From Octopus sinensis (lineage: Eukaryota), in NCBI RefSeq assembly GCF_006345805.1, contig NC_043014.1:14632001-14696000 (forward strand): DNA of 64,000 nucleotides, given 5' to 3'. Positions 11,496 to 24,810 of the stretch are shown piece by piece. A program made the position numbers and the translations under genes. Below the pieces are notes generated by a model. That model searched no databases. It had not been told where the DNA came from and saw only the letters and a list, made by a program, of their open reading frames with translations. Numbering within the stretch: the first letter of the stretch is position 1; each line of letters opens with the position of its first letter.

Positions 11496-12641
11496 TATTT
11501 CATGTTGCCCCAGTCTACACAGCCAGTAAAAGTGAGTAATCCTGCAACACTCCGGCATTCCATCCAGAGAAACCAGGGAGCTGACCCTATGCTCCTTATG
11601 GAGTGATTGTGGACTAACCATCAGACCCTGATTTCCATGCAATCCATAGACTTGGTTGCATTCGGTAGCTCTTTTTGAGGATATTGAGAGGAGGAAACCC
11701 ATGTTTCTCCTTTCAGCTTTTGAGGAAAGACAACAAACAGGGGATAAAAAGAAGAAATGATGGAAGAGAATGATAAATATTTTACTGTAACCAGTGCAAG
11801 TGTGTGTGTGTGTGTGGGGGGGCATGTGTGAGGATGGAAAGTGTGTGTGTGTGTGAGTGCATGCGTGTGTGTTATAGGCATGCATGTACGTGGGGATATG
11901 TGTGTGTGTGTGAGGAACATATGTGCATGTGAATGTGTATGTTTGCGCCTGTATGTTTTTGTGTGAGTGTTTGTGTGTGTGCGTGTATTTGTGTATGTGT
12001 ATGCATGTGTACTTGAGAGAGAGAGAGAGAGAAAGAGAGAGAAAGAAAGAGAGAGAGAAAGAAAGAGAGAAAGAGAGAGAGAGAAAGAGGTATATTGTAT
12101 GCATTCATGTGTAACCAAAGTGAGTTTGAGAAAGAGAGAGAAAGAAAAGAGAGAGAAGAGAGAAAGAGAGAGAGAGATGGAAGGAAGGAAGGAAGGAAGG
12201 ACCCGAACCAGGAGCACAAGCAACGTTAAGGAACTAAAGACTTATTGTTTTCTTCTACCAATTACTCTCATTTATTCATATTTGCCAAGAGCTAAACAAC
12301 AACAACAACAGCAACAGCAACAACAACAGCAGCAGCAGTAGTAGTAGCAGTAGTAGCAATGACACATTGGATAAAGGAGATCCTAAGTGCACGGCTTCTG
12401 AATAATATAAAAGGTGGAATGGGCAGTAGTGGAATGTCTTTGATGAATTGGTTTCTCGCTTCAGGATTAACCTAGACTTAAGAAACAGCAACAACAACAA
12501 CAACAATGGAGGCATTGAATAATGCTGTCTTAACTACATTGAGCGTGAAGAAAAATAGATGGGATCGCCATGGCTGGAAGCACCTTTGGTGAAGATGTTT
12601 ACCCCAGTGTCACTTTGATGGCATGAACTGCTCTCTCACTC

Positions 12642-12685
<44 letters not shown>

Positions 12686-12965
12686 TACTTTCTACTATAG
12701 GCACAAGGCCAGCAATTTCTGGGGAGGGAGTAAGTTAATTACATTGACCCCAGTGTTTGACTGGTATGTATTTTATCGACCTCAAAAAGATGAAAGGCAG
12801 AATGGACCTTGGTGGTATTTGAACTCCGATAACGATAATAATATTAATGGAAATACCTTTGCTGAACACAGGTTTCCTGGATTAAGACTCACATTGAGCT
12901 ATTCATAACAACAACAACAACAATAACAACAACCACTACCAACAACAATAACAACAACCACTTAC

Positions 12966-13189
12966 TTGGAAAGATTAAAGATAGTGACCAGCTTTCGTCC
13001 GATCATTTTGGCCTCTTTGAAACCATCCGAAAAGAGGATGACTTCAGCAATTTGCTCGTTGTCGGGCTTGGACATGGCCACTGGCCGAAATAGCTGCTTC
13101 AGATTGTCCGGTAGTTTCTGCCGGCCTCCATAACCTTTACCTGCAGGGTTCATTGTTATGAAGATACCAGAGTTATGGTCAATTTCAAT
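12966..13189 (-). CDS. DYNC2H1: Dynein-2 heavy chain exon 10 ([39 protein letters not shown]...)
   Basis: CAG acceptor, GTAAGT donor; 224 nt, phase 0/2; [23 protein letters not shown] matches dynein-2 rather than dynein-1 or axonemal chains (MNPGYAGR). Confidence 0.97.
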
Positions 13190-13917
13190 CTGAAAGACAA
13201 AAAAATAAATAAAATAAAATAAAAAAAATTAAAAAAAAGGGAAATAGCAAATGGATGGAATATTCCAAAATTTAAACAATGCTTAAATTTGCATGTGTGT
13301 GTGTGTGTATTAGTGTATATGTTTGTACACGTGTGCTTGTTTTCGTATGTGAAAGATGTTTGTGGATGTATGTAACACATACAGGATGTTCATAAATTAT
13401 CTTTACACCTTCCATAATTTATTGTCTATGTGTAGTGTGCAACCAGTGGAGCCCAGTGTTCTGGTGTTTCTAATAAAGCTTTATCTGTTTGCCTCTGATT
13501 TCCAATAAATTCAGCTGAGTTATCCTTATTTTTCACTTTCTTATGAATCTTTCAAAGTGTAAAGGTAATTTATGGACACACAGTGAGTCATAGAAGGGAG
13601 AGAATGCTACACACATATGTCTATGCCAATACCAGCGAGAGGAAAGAGAAAGTAAAGAATGAGTGACAGAGGAGGAGGGAGAAGGAGAGGAGAGAGTATG
13701 AGAAGCCATTAATGTCACAGAGGCAGGAGTTGAACACCTCATATGCATATAATGTATCTAAGTCATGGCTGTGTGGTAAGAAGCTTGCTTACAAACCACA
13801 TGGTTCTAGGTTCAGTCCCATTGTGTGCTACCTTAGGCAAGTGTCTTCTACTATAGCCTCACGCTAACCAAAGCCTTGTGAGTGGATCTGGCAGACAGAA
13901 ACTGAAATAAGCCTGTC

Positions 13918-13969
<52 letters not shown>

Positions 13970-14087
13970 AATTAGAAACAAAACCACTATTATGCAACTC
14001 AAAAAGTGATAGACATAAACCAAAACATAAATAAAACTAGATCTCAAAAAGTATAAAAATGAATGATTTATATATGTATATATATAT

Positions 14088-15500
14088 CATCATCATCATC
14101 ATCATCATCATTTAGCGTCCGTTCTCCATGCTAGCATGGGTTGGACGGTTCAACTGGGGTCTGGGGAGCCCGAAGGCTGCACCAGGCCAGTCAGATCTGG
14201 CAGTGTTTCTACAGCTGGATGCCCTTCCTAACGCCAACCACTCCGAGAGTGTAGTGGGTGATTTTATGTGCCACCGACACAGGTGCCAGACGAGGCTGGC
14301 GAACGGCCACGCTCGGATGGTGTTTTTATGTGCCACCGACACAGGTGCCAGACGAGGCTGGCAGACGGCCACGCTCGGATGGTGTTTTTATGTGCCACCG
14401 ACAAGGTGCCAGATGAGGCTGGCAGGTGCCAGACGAGGCTGGCAGACGGCCACGCTCGGATGGTGTTTTTATGTGCCACCGACACAGGTGCCAGATGAGG
14501 CTGGCGGACGGCCACGATCGGATGGTGTTTGTTACGTCCCCAAAGCACGGAGGCCAGTCTATGCGGTACTGGCTACGGCCACGTTCGGATGATTTTCTTG
14601 TGTGCCACCGGCACTGGTACCACAAAGATACAAATTCCATTTATGTTCATCTATTTTGATTTGTTTTGATTTGATTTGATTTTCACTTGCCTCAACAGGT
14701 CTTCACAAGTGTCACTTGCCTCAACAGGTCTTCACAAGTGTCCCGGCACTGGTACCACAAAGATACAAATTCCATTTATGTTCATCTATTTTGATTTGTT
14801 TTGATTTGATTTGATTTGATTTGATTTTCACTTGCCTCAACAGGTCTTCACAAGTGTCACTTGCCTCAACAGGTCTTCACAAGTGTCACAAGAAGGAAGG
14901 TATGCCCAGGTGGACTGTCTGCGTCGCCGGGTCTTCGGATGGTGTCTTTATGTGCCACCGACACAGGTGCCAGATGTGGCTGGCGAACGGCCACGATCGG
15001 ATGGTTTTCTTGTGTGCCACCGGTACTGGAACCACAAAGATACAAATTCCATTGATGTTCATCTATTTTGATTTGGTTTGATTTTCACTTGCCTCAACAG
15101 GTCTTCACAAGTGTCACGCGTGTCACACACTTGCCTCAACAGGTCTCCACAAGTGTCACACACTTGCCTCTGCCTCAACAGGTCTTCACAAGTGTCATAA
15201 GAGGGAAGGTATGCACAGGTGGACTGACTACGTCGCCGGGTCTTTGGATGGTGTTTTTATGTGCCACCGACACAGGTGCCAGGTGAGGCTGGCGAACGGC
15301 CACGATCAGATGGTGTTTGTTGTGCCCACAGCACGGAGGCCAGTCGATGCGGTACCAGCTACGGCCACTTCGGATGGTTTTCTTGTGTGCCACCGGTACT
15401 GGAACCACAAAGATACAAATTCCATTGATATTCATCTATTTTGATTTGGTTTGATTTTCACTATTCATCTATTTTGATTTGGTTTGATTTTCACTGATTT
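14088..15500 (-). mobile_element. RTE LINE 3'-end copy with an expanded internal tandem array; shorter copies near 7515, 10514, 20352(+), 31770(+), 34397, 36917, 40365, 41856, 44672(+), 47967, 50327, 56562(+), 61320(+)
   Basis: Shared terminus GGAAGGGCATCCAGCTGTAGAAAC...CCATGCTAGCATGG..CGGACG(T/C)TAAA(C/T)GATGATGAT. Confidence 0.85.
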
Positions 15501-15625
15501 GATATATATATACAATTTATATTTATATATTTATACTGTGAAATTTGATTTAATACTAAACTGAATTTTTCCCTGTAAGTTTGGAGTTATACTCCCTATT
15601 ATTATTATTATTATTATTATTATAT

Positions 15626-15661
<36 letters not shown>

Positions 15662-15775
15662 TCATCATCGTTTAATGTCCGCTTTCCATGCTAGCATGGG
15701 TTGGACTGGCTAGCATGGGTTGGACGGTATATATATATATATATATATATATAGGCACAGGCATATGTGTGTGTG

Positions 15776-15813
<38 letters not shown>

Positions 15814-15920
15814 AGTAGATAAATGGTACAAGGCACCATTTATCTACTTTTATACGTATAATTTTACCCTTATGGGGCTATCTTTTACTGGAAAGTAATA
15901 CATTTGTATTGCATTATTAT

Positions 15921-15973
<53 letters not shown>

Positions 15974-16061
15974 ATAACACAGACACTCCATAGGTTACAA
16001 TAATGATGGTTCCACTTGATCTGATCAAATGAACAATCTGCTCATGAAATTAATGTGCAAG

Positions 16062-16218
16062 CACTAGTGTAGCTAGAGTGTGTGCTGCCTGGGGTGGCCC
16101 TTCCATTTGTCACCCCTGGACCCCACAAAAAAAACAAAACACATATTGCCTACATTTAACCCAAAAGTGCTGCCTGGAGTGGACTGCCTTTATTGATTTC
16201 CCCCTAGCTATGCTAGTG
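16062..16218. mobile_element. hAT-type MITE inserted in a SINE
   Basis: TIRs CACTAGTGTAGCTAG / CTAGCTATGCTAGTG; 8-bp TSD TGTGCAAG at 16054-16061 and 16219-16226. Confidence 0.85.
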
Positions 16219-17265
16219 TGTGCAAGTGTCTGAGCACTCCAGAAACACACATACCCTTAATTTAGTTCTCAAGGAGATTCAGGATGACACAGAGTGTGAC
16301 AAGACTGGTCCTTCAAAATACGGGTGCTACTCATTTTTTCCAGCTGAGCGGAGCAGAGCAATGTGAAATAGAGTGTCTTACTCAAGGATGCAATGTACTG
16401 CCAAGAATTGAACTCACAACCATATGACAGTGAGCCAAATACTCTAATCACTAAGCCATGTGCCTTTCTACACACTCTCATTTACATTTCACCTAGCTTT
16501 GAAGTATGCTATGTTTTTGTTGTTAACCACTACATGTCTTCAGACAGAATACTGCAGCTTTGTAGTATCTGAAAACACATATACATTAAATATGTGATAT
16601 TGATAATGTTTACATTATCGAGATATTTCTAACACAAACTTTGAATTTTATTCTACTTCTGCTGTGCTTTTGCACATCAGCAAATAGATTTTATGCTAAT
16701 TGTATATATATTTCTAGCTAGCTAGCTGCGGATTCATCTCAGAGGTGGGGTATGTAAATAATACTGATGAAACAGTGAAAACTGTGAAATATTAACATCT
16801 GTCATTCAAGTTCAATTCCAAGGTGATTTTGTTTCACCTAGCTTTGGATTATACTGTGTTTTTTTAACACTATATGTCTTTAAAGAGATCCCTTAGACAA
16901 AATACCACAGCTACAAATGTTTAATAACACATGTACATTCAGTACGTGATGTTGATATGATGTGTAATACCAAGTTGCTTCTAACACAAAATCTGATGAT
17001 GATAATGATGATGTTGATAGTGGTGATAATGCTGCTGCTGCTGTTGATGATGGTCATGACATAAATGGTGATGTGAAGATAATGATGTTAATGAAAATGA
17101 TAACCGTGATAATGATGATGATGTTAATGATATTAATGGTGATGTGAAGATAATGATATTTATGAAAATAATAAAGATTATGATGATGATGATGATGATG
17201 ATGGTGATGATAATGATGATGATGATGATGATCACATCAATATGGCTGCATGAAACTGTTCTTAC

Positions 17266-17448
17266 ATTTTTACCGAGTAATTCCATGTGTTTTGATTTGT
17301 TTTTGATAGCATCTTGGATGACTTGGATTTGCATGGAGACAGCTGACAGCACTGGCGGTTCCAGTCGATTGAATTCATCAAAACAGCCCCAGGCACCACA
17401 TTTGACAAGGCCAATGAAGATACGCCCCATCGACTTCACGTCTAGACT
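17266..17448 (-). CDS. DYNC2H1: Dynein-2 heavy chain exon 9, AAA1 Walker B ([12 protein letters not shown])
   Basis: CAG acceptor, GTAAG donor; 183 nt, phase 0/0. Confidence 0.97.
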
Positions 17449-18663
17449 CTGCAAACGTGTCAAAGAAAAAAAGTCATTCACAAACAAAAATTGAAATTTA
17501 CTGAAATGGTAAAGAAAAGAAGTTGAAGTAGCAGGGTGGAGGGGAGAGGGTGTTATAAGAGTATTAGGCAATGGTGGCGGGAAAGGCTGGGGTGGACAAT
17601 AAGGATTTTATCATATATTGTTGGAAGGCCAGAAATATTTAAAAGAGGTGGGTGCCATTGATGGAATCAGCCTTTGGCGCCATACTGCTTCTTAGTTCAT
17701 CAATCCTGGAATAGCAGAGTTTGAACCCAAAATATACAACATAAGCCATCTCAGTCCAGCTTGTTACCATTTTTGACCCTCTCTTATCCTTTTGTGGAAG
17801 ATGATAATAAATAAGAACAAAACACTGAAAGGTCTGTGCTAGGAACCTCTTGAAGGCATCAACTCAAAGTTGGAAGTATAGAGGAGCATAAGTGGAACTG
17901 TCCTGCCATCTTCTTTCAAAGAATGTCTCATCAGACTGTTTGGGTATCATTGAAGAATTTTGACTTGATGTAAAGATTTAAGAGAGGAAGACAGAATGAT
18001 GAGGGATCCAATAGCCTTCTTTTATATTTCTTTGACATACATGGAATTTTGCATCATTACACAGCCAGGAATTGAGGCACAGCCCAACACAGGAGGAGCA
18101 ATCACCTCCTGTGTTGGTGGCATTGAAGTCATTTGTGCAATGCACATGTTTCAATTGATTTTAAGGAAATCCTGGGTTACCTCAATGCCAAAATACCTCT
18201 CACTTGTCCTCACTGTCCAACAAAATCAGAGAAGTACATTTTGCCCTGGTTTGGACAAAAATCCTGCATGCAGAATCTTATTTTTAGCTATGAAGTGTGT
18301 GTCTGTGTGTGCGCAGAGGGAATGGTGGGGCAAAGCACTAGATTCAAGAGCAGATTATAACAGTAAATACAGTATATATATATTCTTGAAAAAATCAACT
18401 CAATTATCTCTTTAGTACAAAAATAGTGGGATGATATATGAACCCAGCCATTTGACAAAAAGTTTAAAAGGAAAATAATAAACATTTGAAAAATATTCAG
18501 CCTTTTTAACAATTGAGAAATTACTTGAAATTTTTTTTTTTTTAGTGTTTTTGAGATTTGTGTGTTTTTTCTTTATATCTTAAAATGATGAATTACACTC
18601 TGAAATTAAAACCTTTCTTAGAATTGGTTGAAGTGAGAACAAAAGGAAAAAAAAATTCCCTAC

Positions 18664-18782
18664 CTCATCACAATTGAATACAAGAACTTGTCGACCAAAA
18701 AGTCCACCGAGGGCTTTGACAGACTCTGTTTTGCCAGTTCCAGCAGGGCCATAAGGGTTACCACCAAGACCCATATGCATTC
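18664..18782 (-). CDS. DYNC2H1: Dynein-2 heavy chain exon 8, AAA1 Walker A (GPAGTGKTE)
   Basis: TAG acceptor, GTAGG donor; 119 nt, phase 1/0; [23 protein letters not shown]. Confidence 0.97.
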
Positions 18783-21700
18783 CTAGTTGATAAGAACAAA
18801 AAGTAAAGAATTATTCAATAAAAAAGTGCAAACTAGATAATGACAATGTGCAGCAATGTGAAGAAGAAGATTCTAACATTATGGGTTAATCCTTTCTACA
18901 TGAAAGTCTTGTTGTTGTTTGTTCCTTTTTGAGCCATGCCTGGCTCATAAGGGCTGGTTTCCTGGTTTCCTTGGCGTATAGGTTCCCCACCTGGACAGGA
19001 CGCCGGTCAGTCGCAGGTGAGCTGCAAGTTGCAGGAGGAAAGAGTGAGAGAAAGTTGTGGCGAAAGAGTCAGCAAAAGTTCGCCATTACCTTCTGCTGGA
19101 GCTGTGTGGAGCTTATGTGTTTCGCTCATAAACAGACACATCGCCCAGTCTGAGATTCGAACCCGCGATCCTTTGACTGCGAGTCCGCTACTCTAACCAC
19201 TAATCCATGTGCCTCCAGTACATGAAAGTCTTATAACTCTCTTTCCTTTTTATCAAGCTAGCATGGTTTCATTATTTACAACAAATAAGGCAGTGTGTTG
19301 GCAGAATCATTAGAATGCTGGACAAAAGGTTTAGTGGCAATTCATTTGCCTCTTTTTCTTCTTCTTCTTCATCATCATCATCGTTATTATCTAATGACTA
19401 TTTTCCATCAGGTTTGACAGAGGCTGGTGAAGCTGGGGGGGGGGGGGGCACACACACCAAGCTCCATTATCTACTCTGGTATGGTTTCTATGTCTGGATG
19501 CCCTTCCTCATGCCAACCACTATACAGAGTGTACTGGGTGCTTTTTACATTGCACCAGCACCAGAGTTCAAATTCCACTGAAGACGACTTTGCCCTTCAT
19601 CTTTTCAGAGTCAATAAAATAAGTACCAGTTACACACTGGGGTTGATGTAATTGATTGGCTCCATCCTCAACTCAAAATTTCAGGCCTTGTGCATAGGGA
19701 AGATTATTTACAGCAAACAATGCAAAGAAAACAAGACAGCAAGAAAAAAATGTCTATTTCAGCAATGAAGTGTTGAGTAACCATAGAGACTGCAAACAAG
19801 TTGCTTCTGCAAGTGCTGTTAATTGGAAGCCCTGCATACCAGACACCAGCAGGCTTCAGGAGTCACCAGGAGAAACTGTGCACTGTTTCAGGAGGGCCTT
19901 CCTCTAAATGGCTTTGCAGCACATCAGCTCTGCTCCCTCATTGATGTGAAGTCTCTCCTACTGGATTGACCAGCTAGTATTCAATCTCAGGGGAGGGGCT
20001 ATTGACAGTTTCGTGGAGAATGATATGGATAGTCGGGTCCTGAGGGACCCGACTTGTATTGACAGCCCAGAGTGGCTTCACAGGTGGCAGCTCTGGTGCT
20101 AGAAAGAATTACTGTGATCTTATAATTGACTTGTGTAAAACCGAGAATTATAGAATTCTTTTTTGGAGCCCCAGATTGCGGTTGCAGGAATGCCTGCAAG
20201 TTGCAAGAAAATTACTCAGGGAAGGATTGTAGAGGTTTATCACCTCCAATTTGTTTATAAATTATGTTTTATAATTGTATGGATTTTTTAGTCCAAGTAT
20301 AATGTATTTTAAATTGTAAGAGGGTTAATACCTCTGTAAATGCATTTTTTTTATGGTGGCACGTAAAAAGCACCATCCGATTGTGGCTGTTGCCAGCCTC
20401 ATCTGGCACCTGTGCAGGTGGCACATAAAAAGCACCCACTACACTCTCGGAGTGGTTGGCGTTAGGAAAGGCATCCAGCTGTAGAAACACTGCCAGATCA
20501 GACTGGGCCTGGCGCAGCCTTCTGGCTTCCCAGACCCCAGTTGAACCGTCCAACCCATGCTAGCATGGAAAACGGACGTTAAATGATGATGATGATGATG
20601 ATGAATATTTTAGAGAAGCAGAGGGTCGGCGGGTGCTTTCTGTCTTCTCCCATCTTTATCATTTTTGGATCATAATCATTCGCCTCATCAATGTCTATGT
20701 TCAGCTCGCAAAGCTACCCTATCTATGTGCTGCCTACATGGTAAATTTAATGAATAAAACTAGTATTCAATCTGAAGTGTTTCAACTCAGGATCAACACC
20801 ACCATTCAAATTGCAGACTCATACAGGTGTGACTTGCCATGCAGGTAAACCATTACCTGCCTTGCACCTGTACATTACTTCTTTAACTAAGTTTCATTCA
20901 TTCCTTTTCAACTATATTGACTCGAGCACTATTTGGTTTCTAGATTCAGCAAGTCAAGCAACTACACTTCTTAATCAGATCTTAAAGATACTTAAAGCAG
21001 CACTGGAGATTCTTCTGTGATCACTGATTTAAATATTAATTAGGATTGACATTTTCTTAACCTTGGTATTTTCTATCTGTTAAGATTCCTGCTTCAGTTT
21101 CTACAATAACGAATGGTTAATTACAAAAGTGTAAAATTTCTCAGCCGATAGCATTTTATATTCAAGAAGATTAATTTCAACTGGATATGCTTTGAGAAGA
21201 CCAAACACTATATAACTGGCCATTTACTGAAATCATAAAAATCTCAGGTTGTGAAAGACATTGTGTATTTGATGGCATATAAGATGTATTTTTGGCCCCC
21301 GCAAAAGGTCCCACATGCAAAGTTGGGCTTTCCATAAGCAAAATGTTAACCATTTAGCATTCAGACTACTCTGTCAAAAGTGATACTTATTTATTCACAA
21401 TGTTTTGAACTAATCACACGTTATATCGTACCTTCTAAATTTTGATGGTTCCACCCATGCCAGCATGGAAGGCGGACATTAAACGATGATGATGTTTATT
21501 ATTATTATTATTATTATTTATTTTTTAGAATTACACTGTAAGATCAGTGTAAAAAGCCAGACTTGTCCAGTTTGAACATAAAGCCCTGGGAATATTTAGG
21601 CCAGGTATGGCTGGTTTAAATGCTAAAGCGTTAAACCTTTTTTTTTCCCCTCTTGAATACGTGCTGCCAAAATGGGGTTCATCTTATACACCCGTGCATC

Positions 21701-22688
21701 TTTTATACCATCAAATGCAGTACATTTCACAAGGCAATGGTAAAGAGATTCTAACCAGATGGGATGTTATATTTAAGATGGTGCGATGGGAGAGCTGTGG
21801 ATCTTCCTCCTCCTCATCATCATCATCATTTAATGCTGGTATGGGTTGGATGGTTTGACTGAAAACTGGTAAGGTGGGAGCTGCATTATGTTGCAGTCTG
21901 ATCTGGCATGGTTTCTACGGCTGATATGCCCTTCCTAATGCCATTCACTCCAAGAGTGTAGTGAGTGCTTTTTATGTGCCACCATCATGGGCACCAGCAT
22001 CGGCCACAACTACAATCTCACTTGGCTTGACAGGTCTTCCCATGCATGGTATTATTCATTGTGAGCAGCTGCACTTGAAGTTCAATTCTTGCCAAAGTCA
22101 CCTTAGCGTTTTATCCTTTTGAAGCTGATAAAGTATCAGTCTACTGATAGTTTATAGGGGCAATTCTTCTTTTGTCTGTCTCTCTTTCTCACCCCACTCC
22201 ACTTCTCTCACTTTCTGGAAGAAATCAACTATGCCCAAATCTGAAGAAAGATAGACACCATCAGGTTTAACCCTCACAGTGCTGATTAATCTTTTGCATT
22301 AAGGTTTAAAATGGCCAAGACATGCTCTATATTACAAAGGTACCCACCAAGTGATTCCATCAAGAGTTGGAATACCAAGGGACGTCAGAATTAGCCAGGT
22401 CGTTGACTTTGGGATGGTGAGAGACCAATGGATAAAGTACATTGGCTGGTATTGAATACTCTGTACTTCTTATATTGTAGACTGTTTCTTAAGGAAACAC
22501 AACAGAATGTCAAAGGTGAGAGGATGAGGTCAGAGGGGAAACTGCATTTCCAAGGGAGGTAACAACAGGAGGAGCAGTGGTAGCAGCAGAAGCAGCAACA
22601 ACAGCAACAGTAGCAGCAGCAGCCGCCACAATAACAACAGCATAAACAACAACAATAACTGATGAAGATGAAAAGCTTTATAAGTTAC

Positions 22689-22828
22689 CTTGAGTTAGGG
22701 TCAAGTAGCACTTGTCAGTGAGTGGAGTATGGACCAGTTTCTGGATGTTCCCTTGGTACTCAAACGTGTAGTTAAACTCAGCGTCTACCATCTTGATGAT
22801 ACAGAGGTTTGTATTCTTCGTGTAGTAC
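22689..22828 (-). CDS. DYNC2H1: Dynein-2 heavy chain exon 7 (RYYTKN...[27 protein letters not shown]), start of AAA1; absent from the ORF track
   Basis: Translated by hand; CAG acceptor, GTAAC donor; 140 nt, phase 2/1; [15 protein letters not shown] motif. Confidence 0.95.
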
Positions 22829-23053
22829 CTGTAAGAAAAGGGAGAGCCCTGAAGTTCTAGAAAAACTAATTCCTTTCACATGTTGAAGAAAAGGGCCACC
22901 CAGGACTTTGTCATATTAATAGAACATGTTAAAAAGCCGAACCTGATATAGTGTAAAAGAGCATGAGCATATACATGCATCTGCATGTGAATGTGTTTAG
23001 ATGTGCACGTATATATGTGTGTATGAGTGAAAGAGACTAGTGTACTACTACTA

Positions 23054-23619
23054 TTGGGTTGTCCAGAAAGTTCATGCCGATTTTTAGTAACTTACCTTTC
23101 AACATATTTTAGAACATGGTTGAATCCATAAAATAGGATTTGATTACACCTCCATTTAGAGCACGGTTTAAGCTATCTTTTCATGGAAGATGGTTTATGT
23201 TCCTATTACCTGTGTTAATTCTGTAACCCTTTAAAATGGAAAATAAGAAAGTTCATTTTCGGCACTTGACACTTTAGGAACCAGACAAAAATTGCTGCAA
23301 CTTGGCTGGGATGTGTTACCCCACCCTCCATATTCACCAGATACTGCTCCTTCGGATTTCCACTTATTCAGGTCTCTGCAGAATAGTCTTAATGGTAAAA
23401 ATTTCAATTCCTTGGATGACATAAAAAGATACCTTGATGAATTCTTTGCCATGAAACCACCTCAATTCTGGGAAGAGGGTATTTTCAAGTTAAAGGAAAG
23501 ATGGAGACGCATTGTGCAACAAAATGGTTCATATTTTGTTGATTAAAAATGTAATGGCAGGTATTTATTGACCTTTTTCTTTCCTTTAAAAATCGGCTCG
23601 AACTTTCCGGACAACCCAA
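23054..23619 (+). mobile_element. Mariner deletion derivative retaining the transposase C-terminus
   Basis: TA TSD, both TIRs; HPPYSPDTAPSDFHLF (mariner YSPDLAPSD motif). Confidence 0.93.
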
Positions 23620-24062
23620 TACATCCTCCTCATTTAGACAGTTTGGCAGGGGCTAGTAAGCTCCACTGTGCTTTCGAAGGATTTTCACAACTGGAGAACC
23701 TCCCTAATGGCAACCACTTTACAAAGTGGACTGGGTGCTATGTACATGGTACTAGCACCTGCAAGGTCACCGAGCGACTTGCAAGACGAAAATCGCTCAA
23801 CCGAGAGTGGGTCAGTGGTATTGAAGGCAGTGGTTTTGTACCAGGTGATGAGAGGCTAAATAACGAGAGAAGAACAGAAACAGGTGTCTTACTGCAGGGG
23901 AGATACATGGTTACTTTAGTTGGAGGGCAGGAGAGAGAGAGAAAGAGAGAGAGGGAGACAGAGAGAGAGAGAGAAAGAGAGAGAGCGAGAGCAAGAGAGT
24001 GTATATATGTGTGTGTGTTTGTTTAAGTTAAAAAACATAATAAAAGCACAAACTGAGAGAGA

Positions 24063-24099
<37 letters not shown>

Positions 24100-24140
24100 T
24101 GTGTGTGTGTGTAAGTTAAAAAACAATAAAAAAACAAAGA

Positions 24141-24296
24141 GAAAACAGACACAGAAGATCACCAGCCCCTCATCAATTATCAGCCAGAGGGACAAACACA
24201 ATTTCATGCCTTCGATAATATTCTTTCCCTGTTGGTGGTGTTTGACCCTCTGGCTGATAACTGATGAGGGGCTGGTGACCTTCTGTGTCTATTTTC
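24141..24296. repeat. 59-bp inverted repeat with a 38-nt spacer
   Basis: Arms 24141-24199 and 24238-24296 match at 55 of 59 positions. Confidence 0.95.
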
Positions 24297-24413
24297 CATT
24301 TGTTTGTGCATTAATTATATGTTTTTTACCTTATTAATTAATTAATGGAACACTACGTACCCTTGATTTTATTTACAATAAACATTTTGAAAAAAAAAAT
24401 ATATATATATATA

Positions 24414-24810
24414 GGCGCAGGAGTGGCTGTGTGGTAAGTAGCTTGCTAACCAACCACATGGTTCCGGGTTCAGTCCCACTGCGTGGCACCTTGGGCAAGT
24501 GTCTTCTGCTATAGCCCCGTGCCGACCAATGCCTTGTGAGTGGATTTGGTAGACGGAAACTGAAAGAAGCCTGTCGTATATATGTATATATATATATGTA
24601 TGTGTGTGTGTGTTTGTGTGTCTGTGTTTGTCCCCCTAGCATTGCTTGACAACCGATGCTGGTGTGTTTACGTCCCCGTCACTTAGCGGTTCGGCAAAAG
24701 AGACCGATAGAATAAGTACTGGGCTTACAAAGAATAAGTCCCGGGGTCGAGTTGCTCGACTAAAGGCGGTGCTCCAGCATGGCCGCAGTCAAATGACTGA
24801 AACAAGTAAA
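24414..24810 (+). mobile_element. tRNA-derived SINE family A, well-preserved copy; partial copies also near 13763, 26700, 28856, 40650, 51050, 52279
   Basis: A box TGGCTGTGTGG, B box GGTTCAGTCCC, CORE-like segment, internal microsatellite; over ten homologous copies in window. Confidence 0.9.

Noticed and set aside
14264-15440. CRISPR-like array of regularly spaced repeats
   Set aside because: The intervening sequences are themselves repeated rather than unique spacers, there are no cas genes, the context is a eukaryotic intron, and the unit belongs to the RTE 3' UTR.
20620-21300. Possible L1/Tx1-type endonuclease remnant (IRLINVY), and a CPHC knuckle near 18200
   Set aside because: Too degenerate to support without a profile search.
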